Below are positions 13,440 through 24,681 of a DNA stretch of 64,000 nt, in pieces. Below the pieces are notes generated by a model. The model saw only the letters and a list, made by a program, of their open reading frames with translations. It did not search any database and was not told the DNA's origin. The position numbers and the translations under genes were made by a program. The DNA is taken from the NCBI GenBank assembly GCA_051294905.1, contig CM119371.1:4962001-5026000 (forward strand), written 5' to 3'. The first letter of the stretch is position 1. Each line of letters starts with the position of its first letter. This stretch comes from Botryllus schlosseri. Taxonomy: Eukaryota.

Positions 13440-16400
13440 CTGACAACAAAACTCAATGGTAATTGGTTTGCTGGAATGAGAAAAAAAGTATTATTTGTCG
13501 CACACACGTAAATCAGTTGTTCTCAACCTTTCTGAGAGCTGGTCAAATTTGACAACAGTTTTTGCAGACCGGTGAACCTTACAAACTATAAAGTTCATTT
13601 ATTACTTGCTTTTGGATACTAAACGTGTAATAGAGCTAGGGCTGGCTAAGCTGAGTGATTTGATTCTGAATCGAGTCATGAGTCACTCATGTTAACGTCA
13701 TAGCAACATCACAAAGAATATAATGCCGATTCTCGTCGCATTATAAAGATTATTTGGCAGTTTTATGAACATACCTATTTCATCGCACTATGTGACAATG
13801 CTTTTGGTTGATCACGACTTCACAGAAATGTCATTTTCAGTAACGTGAGTAGCTTTGTACTACAATGTTTTGTATGCTGCGATACGACCAATCGAGGTTT
13901 ACAGCTTTTCACAGTGAGAAATATTATCAAAATATAATTACCATTGGTTCAGTTCAGCTTATTGGTAATATATACGGCAAGTTTTTGCAAATTCTACAAT
14001 TTTTTTACAGCTTCCGGCAGCTTCCTAAATACTCGTAAGTTATGTAGAATGCTGTTTCAAGCTGTTTGAAGGAATCTTATAGTGCAACTTTTTGCAACTT
14101 CTGTCCATTTTTTTCAAGCAACTTTTTGCAACATTTTCGATTTTTCATCAAAGTATTTTCGATTTTGGTGAAATAAACGGCCAAATTCGACTGAAAAACC
14201 GTAAATCAGCACCGAAGTAACGCTTTTACGGGTATTTTGGGAGCTGAGCCGGAAAATTGACCTTTTTAGTCAATCTGGGAAGTTGACCTTTTTTTAGACA
14301 ATTGTGCAAAATGTTATCAAAATGCAACTTCTGCAACTGTTTTCAAAAATAAATTTAACTTTCCAGGGATTTAGCTGCAACAAAAACTTGCCCTAGAATA
14401 TAATTTTTCCCTTTTGTGGCATGGAGCGTATATTGTCAGTACGCGAAACAATCATTTCCTACTACTGGACTCAAATGATTAGAATTGATACTCGATTCAG
14501 ATTTGAGTCATCAAATCATTGTGCCCAGCCCTAGTGATCACCGTTGTGTCACTAGAAAATGATCACATTATCAAAACTAGATTAGACATATATTGAACAC
14601 ATTCATCAAAATTAGAGTAGAATTACAATCACCTAGTTGGGAAGAGAGATCAAGTTCAGTTCAAATCTGAGTTGATTAGCATAAGCATGAGGATAGTTCA
14701 CCAGACTTGTTTCAAACTGCATATGTAGAATTAGTTGACTAATTAGATTTGAATTACATCACAAGTACTTCGCCCTGTTTAGTCTAATATATTACGGTAT
14801 ACAACAATAATGATCTGGTTGTCAAAGTCTGCTGGTCATGAACATTACAGATCTAATGCATCTTTGACCTGCACAGTTAGATGTTCATTACGTTTATAAT
14901 GAGGATACTCAAGAACGATGCAGACAAAATCTTTGTCTTGGAAGAATCCGTGAGATCCAACAACGTGCTTGTGATTCAGACTTTGACGGAGACGATCTCT
15001 TGACACATTTGTCTTTCTCATGCTACTTCACAAGCAATGCCTGAAATTCAGATAGTAGCTTTAGTTGCGGCTTTTAAAAAGTGAGTAGTTCTAGTTCTAG
15101 CAGCGTATGTAAAATATTTTAGTTGCCGGTTTTCCCCTGGGTGATGTTGTTGCAGCAGTCTCAGAGTCATCAGTACTAATAATGGTGAAGCCGGCAAAAC
15201 CCACTTGAGTAGTCCATAAAAGTAGAAGCAATATTGCTACAGACCGAATCTGCACTCTGCTTACAGGCGTTCAGATGCTTCCTTTTTAGTTTATTATATA
15301 TCCAAGTATAGCAATGACCGCAAGTTCAAATAAATGCCCGGAAGGTTTGGAAATGTGTCTTAGCTAGTTGCCATATTATTTCGATGTCGGTGGAATATTT
15401 CGGGGTTATCGGTGAAGGTGCTACTTATCGGTATTGGCTCAAAAATACGATATCGATCGGGTTCTAGTTATCATGAATGAACCTCGAGTATGCGACTCAT
15501 AACGTAATACTCGATTCAGAATCGAATCAATCTGGAACTTGATTTTGCCAAGACCTACGAATTTTTGCAAGACCTACGAATAAGACTCACTGTTGAAACT
15601 CAGCAGAGAATGCCTTTTCTGTCGTTAGCTTTGAGAAATTCTAGGCGCCATGGTCAAGCAGCTTTTGGGCATTTTCTGAGGAATGTAGCCGTCGAATGGT
15701 CGAAACACTCGCTTGTCAGCTATTCGTTTACAAACGGTCATTGAGACGGGTTGCTTGCCAATATTCTGGTGATAAAATCACAAATGGTAATCAAATCACA
15801 GATAGTAACACACACTTTTATAAATTTTGGGGGAATCAGGATTTGTGGATTTCAAACTATAATACGAATCAAGATTTGAAATAGGGATTCAAGTTTCAGG
15901 ATAAACCTATTTGCAGACTTGGAAAACTAGAAAATTTTCAGATTTTCTAAATTGGACTAGGTTTACCATTACAGATACCATACAAAGTTATTTCCATGTT
16001 ACAGTATTTTATAATGATATCTGCACAGTTATTTCCAAACAGTTTTTCTCCAAATTACACTATAGGTAATTAGAATGATGGTTGCACAGATTTTTCAAAA
16101 CGATTTGAAATAGAATTGCTGAACTCGCCAAACCTTGGACACGGAATGAAGTTCGGTTCACATTAGATCACTATTTAATTCATTTTCATAATCACGAGAA
16201 TGGCAAATGTCTCTATTATTAGCTTGGTTTGTTTCGTACTACAGTACAGATTAGTATTAGATCACTGTCATTCACTCTAATTAGTATAATTAGAAATAAC
16301 TAGTTGCTCATGTCTTGAATACTGTGAAAAACGAGAAGTCCATTGTTTTCAACCAGCTCTCACCTAGTGCAAGGTAGCCTACTACTGCAAGCAACGTTAC

Positions 16401-16529
16401 CTTGATATTCGTGTGAATGGTCTTATAATTGTGAAGATAAAACCACTGCAAGCAGAATCTGTAGCATATGTAATAACGTGTCTCTGGTTCTGTGATGACT
16501 CGCCTTCTTTTGTAAACTTCCACCAGCGA
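16401..16529 (-). pseudogene. PLK1-like exon C (catalytic loop degenerated to HTNIK)
   Basis: gtcag|SLVEVYKRRRVITEPETRYY...YLHNYKTIHTNIK|gtaac; compare [20 protein letters not shown]...IHRDLK. Confidence 0.88.
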
Positions 16530-17173
16530 CTGACAATAAAATACAAAGACAATTGGATTGCTATAATGAAATCAAAAATATTATTTGTTGATAGCCTAAT
16601 ATCTAAAAGAAGCTTCCATTATAGCATTAAGTTGACAATCTCGATGAATACAATGAAGTCTTTGACTGAATGCACTTTTGAAATATGTGATTCAGAATGT
16701 GCTATGCGGGGTCGGCCAAAGTCAATTGGCGAAAGTCGAATAGGTCTGCCTGAGTATTCAATTCCGAATCGTGTATTCAATGATAGTCATTAAGACGTCA
16801 TATGAATATGAATGCTCTGCGGAGTTCAAATATGCACCTTTTAAGCGACCAATAAGAATATAATGTCAGTTCTACATCACATGGATTAAAGATAACTTGG
16901 GTCGTTTTCGACCGTACCCATCTCACTGTACTTTGTGACAACACTGTGGGTAGGGTAACGCGAGTAGCTTTGTACACATGTTCCGTATTCTGCGACACGA
17001 CCAATCAAGGTTTATAGATATCCACACTAGGAAATACTATTGAAAGCATAATAATTCATGAGTTCAGTATATTTTTAATCATCTTTACCTCTTGTGGCAA
17101 GGAACGTACAAGCTCAGTACTTGAAAAAATCATCTCTCACTACTCCATTCAAATCATTAGAATTCAGATTCAG

Positions 17174-17789
17174 CATAGTGTCCTATATGGTGTCGACACA
17201 AGCAAATCGCACGGTTCAATGAAATTGTATCACGTCACAGTTTCCATTTGGCTACAGGCAATTTGACGGTGATTTTTGACCGACTTGCCGAGCATCAAAT
17301 TTGATAAAACGGGTATCAATCGAAAGCTGCCGCCGTACTGATTACGAAAATATAAATTTTATTCCGCTCGCGGCCCTGGAACCCCCACAATCAGCCTCTA
17401 ATTTTTCATTGTTATGGAGATTGGCATTGGGACGCAACAATGCTGTCTGGCGAAACGACAGACGCAACAATACTGTCTGGCTCCCTTTTTCTCGAGCACC
17501 TGTCTCGTTTCGCTAGACAGCATTGTTGCGTCCCAATGCCAATCTCCATAACAATGAAAAATTAGAGGCTGATTGTGGGGGTTCCAGGGCCGCGAGCGGA
17601 ATAAAATTTATATTTTCGTAATCAGTACGGCGGCAGCTTTCGATTGATACCCGTTTTATCAAATTTGATGCTCGGCAAGTCGGTCAAAAATCACCGTCAA
17701 ATTGCCTGTAGCCAAATGGAAACTGTGACGTGATACAATTTCATTGAACCGTGCGATTTGCTTGTGTCGACACCATATAGGACACTATG
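17174..17789. mobile_element. Near-perfect palindromic MITE, P-element-like
   Basis: CATAG...CTATG termini, ~285-bp arms with one mismatch seen, ~46-bp spacer and a 7-bp TSD gattcag. A decayed relative lies at ~61110-61385. Confidence 0.88.
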
Positions 17790-18285
17790 GATTCAGATTT
17801 GAGTACTCGAATAGTTGTGCCAGCTCTGTGATCACAGTTGTGTAACGAGGAATTATTCAGCTTTGGCAAACTAGATTAAAATTAAAATTAGAGCTACACA
17901 AGCTATCAAAATCAGATCATAATTGAAATCATTTAATTCGTAAAAGAAATGCAAAAAATATCAAATTTAGGCCTACTCGATATCAAATAAGAGTTTTCAT
18001 AAGCAAGAGAATGACAACTGTATTTACACTAAGTTTGGCTTGTTTACCACTATACAGTTTTCCTGTAATATGTCAAGTAAACCAGAAATGATATTAAAAT
18101 ACCAACATACACGCATTTCTCAAATTATATATTCTTTTATTACTGGCATTTGGCCATAATTAGTCTAATTAGACAACCAGAATTATCTAGTTTTTTAAGT
18201 CTGTCAGGTAATGAGCCTCACAAAGCTGATGCAATTGCGACCACCGCAGTTAGACGTACATGACAGTTGTATCGCTTACCGGTAC

Positions 18286-18434
18286 CCTTCTTTTGCACAA
18301 CTCAAGAACAATGTAGACAGAAACCTTGTCGTGGAAAAATCGGTGAAATTCAACTTCGTGTTTGTGATTCAATCTGCGATGGAGACTGATCTCTTGATAC
18401 ATTTTGTCTCTCTCATGCTCATACAGAGCAGTGC
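18286..18434 (-). pseudogene. PLK1-like exon B (alphaC/hinge)
   Basis: tttcag|ALL(fs)HERDKMYQEISLHRRLNHKHEVEFHRFFHDKVSVYIVLELCKRR|gt, 149 nt (frameshifted). Paralogous copies at ~14908-15040 (-) and 41321-41469 (+). Confidence 0.9.
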
Positions 18435-19071
18435 CTGAAATTTAGAGTTGTAAAAATTACCAGTCTATTTAGTTGACGGTCAACTGACTAACTGTATTTA
18501 GAGTAGTTCTAGTTGCACATTTCATAAAGTGAGTAGTTCTAGTTCTAGGGGCAAGTTTTTGTTAAGTAAGTAGTTCTAGTGAGCAGTTCCCTTCTCTAAT
18601 TGTGCGTTGTGAAAAGGGAGCAGTTCTAGTCTTGAGTCAGTTGTAGTTATAGTTGCAATAAATATGTATTTGATTTGTATTCAAATGTGGCGTTATATGG
18701 CATGTTGGGAAAATAGACAGAAACAACAAAATTATTCAGCTCTTCAAACACTATTACACTTTAACCCAGACTTGGGATGAAGAGAGTTACTAAAGCTAAT
18801 CAAAATGCAATTCTACATGAGCTGTTCAATACGTGGCCCTAGGCGGACTTAGTCTTGAACTCTGACTAGAAGCTGAATTGTAGAATCTGACGACATTGCA
18901 AGCACAATTTGTGCCCAAGTGAAAGTCTGCTTCATTGTGTTAGATTGGCTTTGAGAATGACAACTTGCAAGCTATAGACCAAATCCTTGTTTTCGACACA
19001 GTTAACAAAAGATGACATTGGTGCATACAACATAGTCACATAGATTCCTTGCGTCGGCACACTTGACTCAC

Positions 19072-19256
19072 CTTTGGTACAATTTTACCAGCGAAATCTT
19101 CTTTTGTTTGGGCTTCCGTTTTTTCACAGCATTTCACAAACCCCCCTTTGCCAAGAAATCAACCTCTTTGTATCGTTTCCCAGTAGAATCATCACACACG
19201 ACTCTGGCGATTGTCAACTTGATCTTACATTATCGTGAAATAAAACACAAATCAGC
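19072..19256 (-). pseudogene. PLK1-like exon A (Gly-rich loop, VAIK-equivalent)
   Basis: Translates as GKRY(fs)[31 protein letters not shown] followed by donor gtgagt; compare PLK1 [36 protein letters not shown]. Carries a 1-nt deletion and CGA>TGA. Confidence 0.88.
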
Positions 19257-19976
19257 CTGCAAAATGTAATGTCGTGCATTAACAGATACTGAAACTGATA
19301 TGGTCTAATAAGGTTGATCAATAATAACTCATTTGGTAACATTTTACTGGCTAGTTGATAAAAATGTTTTATTGTCTAAAACTATACATAAAAGACTTGA
19401 TTCATACTTGTAGTTCAAAGACTTGACTAGAAGACTAGAACTGGAACTAGAAGCCCAGGGTAGCCTACATCTCTGTTACTGTTAGTCCGACTGGAATCTC
19501 GGCAAGTTTTGCCTAATATAACAGTAAGCCGCTGGCAGGGAATTGTGTGAGCACAGGACACAGATTCCATACAAGTATGTTACTGCTAGTATAGCGACGA
19601 CTCCGAGTCCGAGCTAGCAATGGGCCATTATTGCTAATGGCTGGCTGCAAGAACATCACACAACAGAACACGGATATCACGATTCCTGTTAAATTACGAC
19701 AAATGTTTTCTATATAGCGCTTGGATAAATAATATCTTTTTTAAATGCACAACCCTGGAGCTAGAAGTAGCAATTTTCAAAATGCAACTGAGACTTGAAC
19801 TACTGAAAAACCGTCAGCTAACCAGATTGGTAATTTGCAGAAGTCTGCCTAGAACCTCAACTTGAGGTCCTCAAGTAAAACAGATGGAATTATAATAGCG
19901 GAACTGATAATACGCGGTGAGGACGTACGGTAAAATCCTGTCATCTCGATGTGATGTCTAGCCCAGAAAGATAATT

Positions 19977-22317
19977 TGATCATCTCGGTAAACAACTTTG
20001 ACGAAAAATTTGTTGAGTTTGTGTCTGCTATCAAATCACTGCTGGAACAATTTGCACCTCTACAGCGCCTTTCGAGAAGTCAAAGAAAATTGAAGCGAAA
20101 TCCGTGGATGACCACAAAGCTGATTCAACTTATCCGTAAACGTAACCGGTGGCATAACCGAATAGACACCAAGAACTGCCCAGAACATGAACGAGAAAGA
20201 TTTCAACGTTTCAGGAATCGCACCGTGCATCTTATTTCCAAGGCAAAAGCAAAGTACAATGAGAGATTTTTCAACAGACACATAAAGGACACTCGAAAAA
20301 CATGGTCAGGACTTAACTCTCTCCTACATCGAAAAAAAGGCCATAAGTCTGTTTCGGAAATTGTGAATTCGGATACCGGAAACAAACTTTCAGACCCGGC
20401 GGCCATCGCGAATCACTTCAATGAATATTTTTGTAACGTAGGCCCAAATATTGCTTCTTCTATTACAAAACCTGTGTCGGCCAGGTCAGAGGTGAGATCG
20501 ATATCCCAGTCAATTGTGCTTGAACCTACGACCAAATACGAAGTAGAAGTAGCCATCCACAAACTGAAATCGCACAAGGCCGACGGCTATGACCAAATCC
20601 CATCATGGTTTCTAAAAATGATAAGCCTGCATATCGGTCAATATATGGCCCATTTTTTCAACTTCATGATAGAAAATGGAGTCTACCCAAGCTATCTAAA
20701 AAAAGCCAGAGTAGTCCCTGTACACAAAGCTGGGGATAGAACTAATGTCACCAACTACCGTCCGATATCCGTTCTCCCATGCATCGGGATTGTATTCGAA
20801 AAGTTGCTCCTCTCCCGCCTGTCCTCATTCCTCGCCAAAATGTCTGTCATTTCCCCTCAACAATTTGGCTTCCGAAACAAACACCAAACCACTCATGCCC
20901 TCCTAACAGTGGCCGAACAGTACTATGATATCTCAGAGAAGCGAAATGTGGGATGTAGCATTTTTCTCGACCTAAAAAAAGCGTTTGACTGCGTTGATCA
21001 TAAAATTCTCATCTCGAAATTGGCGCGTTACGGACTTCGGGGCCCACAACATGAGCTCATGAAAAAGTTACCTCACTGGACGCCAACAAATGGTTGCGAT
21101 CTCAGACACCTTGTCCTCTCCTCACCCGGTGACCTGTGGTGTGCCCCAGGGCTCAGTACTTGGACCGGTCCTTTTCACCTTATATGTCAACGACATTTTT
21201 GAAACCTCCTCATTGAACACCACACTGTTCGCTGATGATACTCACCTCCTCTCTTCCGCATCTTCGACGGCAGAGCTAGATGCCCTGACTGGTGACCAAA
21301 TGCCCAAAGTCCATGAGTGGACGGCCCAGAACAACCTTTGCATAAACGCCTCGAAATCGCAATTGCTGACAGTAAATTCAAAAAATAACCTAACCGTTAA
21401 TATCGCTGGTCAGCCCGTTTCCAACACAGATAATGCCAAATATCTCGGAGTTTTACTGGACTCGAACATGTCCTGGAAGAGTCATATTCAGTCCCTAGAA
21501 ACTAAATTATCACCGAAGTGCGGCCTGTTCTACAGCCTTGGGCGCTTCATGCCAGCATGGGTTCTTCTGATACTCTTTAAATCCTTAATCCAATCGAAGT
21601 TACATTATGGCATCCTCTGTTGGGGGGCTGCCAGTAAAACTGCACTCAAGCCACTGCAGAAACTACAGCATAAAGTACTCCGAATCATAGCTAGGGCCCC
21701 GAAGGGGCCTGGCTGCCCATCCAATAAGTCGCTGCTGAAGAGATTCGGCGTCCTAAACATAGAAGATATGCGGAAACTAGAAATCGCCAAGTTTATGTAT
21801 CAGTTTCACTGCGGTCGTTGCCCCGAATATTTCAATGACTTCTTTACCTCTGAATCAAAAGCGCACAAGTACAACACACGCGCGTCCACGTCGTCCAAAT
21901 ATCATATGATCGACCGAAAAGATCATCGCTCCATCAAATATGCCGGACCTGATGTGTGGAACAGTATCCCGCCGGCCATCCGACAGTCGACGAGCATGTC
22001 CACATTCAAGTCGAAATACAAGCAATTACTACTAAATAAATACAGTCCATCCTCAAGATTACCGGACCACGACTGACCTATCGATCTCGCTTCCCATGAC
22101 ATGCCGCCCTATTTCTTGTCGCATTCTTTTTCTATACTATCTTCTTTACTTTCATTCAGTGTGCATGCCTCCTCTTTACATCGCTTAGGCCAAGGTGGGT
22201 GTCAGATTCCATAGACTACTCCTTGTCGCTTCGACATCTTCCTGTCTTTTCATTGTATCGCATTTTTGTGGTGTATTGAACTGATAAAATTGCTAATAAA
22301 CCAATGATGATGATGAT
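19977..22317 (+). mobile_element. 5'-truncated non-LTR retrotransposon (CR1/L2 group) ORF2 reverse transcriptase with one frameshift, 3' UTR and (TGA)n tail
   Basis: RT motifs NYRPISVLP, QFGFR, FLDLKKAFD, GVPQGSVLGP, LFADDT, KYLGV. An extra A in the run at 21062-21066 splits ORFs 19976-21202 and 21090-22076. The element ends aataaaccaa(tga)n, with candidate TSD gataatt (19970-19976 / 22318-22324). Confidence 0.93.
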
Positions 22318-22719
22318 GATAATTAGCAAATTGACACATACAAGTGGGATAATTGATACTAGCCTTTGACACTAGGTTATGTTATAAAGTGTGTAGCTTC
22401 TTCTTTATAAGAACAGTAATCTGAATTATTACTAACTTACGGAGAGTAGTAATCTATACTTTCAATGACCAGTACGCATTGAGCAGCAATCAAATATCTA
22501 CTTAGAGAGAGGGAGTCCCCCATTCATATTGTGGTCGAGGTCAATGAGCCGTAAACGAATCACAGAGAGGCAACAAAACATACGATAGTTTTTTTATATC
22601 GTCGACCATACAGAAGCTAATGCTAATAACTATGCAAGATGCGGAATACTATATGTATTAAATTGTCAAACTGATGTTATATCAGTGGTCTTCAACCTTT
22701 ACTAATATGGCGAACTCTT

Positions 22720-22933
22720 GCCGAGCGGGATAGTGTAATGGTTATGCGTCCGGCTTCTCGAAAATTGGTATCCGCGGCTATCCTGCTAGGCGCTCAGCAA
22801 TCACGGATAGCATGGAGGAGAAAGAAAACGCGGGCGCAGACTAGATGACCTCATGGGGCCATATCGCAACTCCGTCGTCAAAGCATCTCGATGGTGCAGG
22901 CGAAAAAGAATATCATATCTATATCTCTCTCTC
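22720..22933 (+). mobile_element. tRNA-derived SINE (internally deleted head)
   Basis: A-box-like gatagtgtaatgg, a conserved core tggtatccgcggctatcctgctaggcgctcagca, and a (tc)n tail. Near-identical 5'-truncated copy at ~56126-56287. Confidence 0.75.
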
Positions 22934-23245
22934 TTGCGCCGATCAGCAAGCCTTCTATAGCCCAAAATGATTGGCCAGTAACATAAAATACGACAATGGA
23001 TCTCATTGCCCGTCTGATACATCACTATAGAATATTGGTGCCTATAGTGAACTGTGCATCAAAAGAATGACACCATATGATTGTCACACGAAACAAAAAT
23101 ATTAGAAAGAATATTTCCTGCCAGGCATTTCTGCTTTCTACTTTTTAGCCGCCGTACAACCCTAAGGTGTCGCTGTGACTCCATAAGGTATGCCCAATGA
23201 TTGGGTATGCCTAAGCCAGACCTCAGGTTTACTGCTTTTCATAGG

Positions 23246-24681
23246 CAGTGTTGCCAATTTAGCGATTTTCGCGCTAGATCTAGCGATTTTTCATCTGGTT
23301 TAGCGCCAAAAAATATGGATCTAGCGCCTAGCGATAAATCTAGCGATTTTTGAAAAGTATTTAGCGATTTTTTAGCGCTTTTTCACCGAAAATATCTAAT
23401 AAAGATCGGTTCTGACCGACGACGGCATTGGCTATACGGGACACCGCCAGGGTGCGGACTCCGATGATAATTACAGATCACTAAACTACGGATAGATACG
23501 CAACTCCCGGCGGTTGAGCATGGGCAAACAGTATCTCTTCTTGCTGAGTAATCTAAAAGTAGCATAATTGGTAGTGCTATAATAGGCGACCTGAGGACTG
23601 AAATTTCATATAATTGGTCTTGATCGAAAGCTAGTGTCACACTGATTTCGAAAATACAAACTAAAATCTCGTCAGGACAATGGAACCACCCCGAAACAGC
23701 CATCAAAATATGAAAACCGACATTGTTCCAACAATTGCTCCGGCGCAACACAATGAACATAACAATGACCAATTTCGTCCAGTGATTGTTCAAAACAATG
23801 CCGATGTTCAGACTTTGAGGGCTGTTTTGAGGTCGTTCCATTGTCTTGACAAGAATTTAATTCGTATTGTCGTAATCAGTATGACAGTGGCTTTCGTTTA
23901 AGACCATTTTTTAAAATTTCATACCCCGGGCTGGTCCTCGGATTATTTTCTCAAGGCCGCTACTTATAGTGGCTGGCAAACCCGGTTCAAGTCGTGTTGT
24001 GTCGGATCAAGTCACATGTCGTAAGTGTGTCATGTCGCATGTCGTGTTCAAGTACTCCAACACAGTTTAGAGAAGTCATCCGCGTGAGCGGTGTCTTACA
24101 AAAAGCCTAGAGGTGGGCCGTGCTATAAGTCGGCAGTTACGGGAAATAATGAAGAATATCGGCCTGGTGTAAATGACCATAGTAGTCGACAAACACCATG
24201 AATACCACAAAAACAAACAGAGAAGTCAAGCGCCTTTCCACGGTACATTGCATCCAGTATTCACAGACGCATCGAGCAAGGCACCTGTTTATCTAGGAGG
24301 CTTTTCACCTCAAATTCCCGTAGAACAGCAGTTTGTGACACGGTTATATAGTGAGCGGTTATGCCTGCAAACCTGGTCAGTGGTCACGCACAGCGATCAT
24401 TGCGCAAAGCGATCTGCTTTACCGTAATGCACTGCACGTTTTGTTCCGCTTAGAGATGACTCCAACGTATCATGAACTAGAAATAAGATCAGTGACTTTG
24501 GCCCCAGACGAGTAAAATATAGCTGAGAAGAACGTATGGATATTCTGGTTCAATTTATCACCTTTAGCAATTAATGCAGATTTAGCGCTTTTTTTAGCGC
24601 TTTTTTTCAATATTTAGCGACATCTAGCGATTTTTAACACTAGTTCTAGCGATTTTCTTCCATCCAGAGTTGGCAACACTG
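23246..24681. mobile_element. Non-autonomous hAT element
   Basis: CAGTGTTGCCAA...TTGGCAACACTG termini, subterminal tagcga repeats, perfect 8-bp TSD ttcatagg. Confidence 0.9.

Larger units (their letters stand above)
6826..19256 (-). pseudogene. PLK1: PLK1-like (Polo kinase) unprocessed pseudogene mosaic, minus arm
   Basis: GT-AG-bounded exon remnants follow PLK1 order on the minus strand: 19072-19256, 18286-18434, 16401-16529, ~14908-15040, 13314-13439, 11926-12059, 11448-11524, 8912-9095, 7936-8057, 6826-7020. There are multiple stops and frameshifts. The DFG/activation-loop exon and the following exon were not found. Confidence 0.9.
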
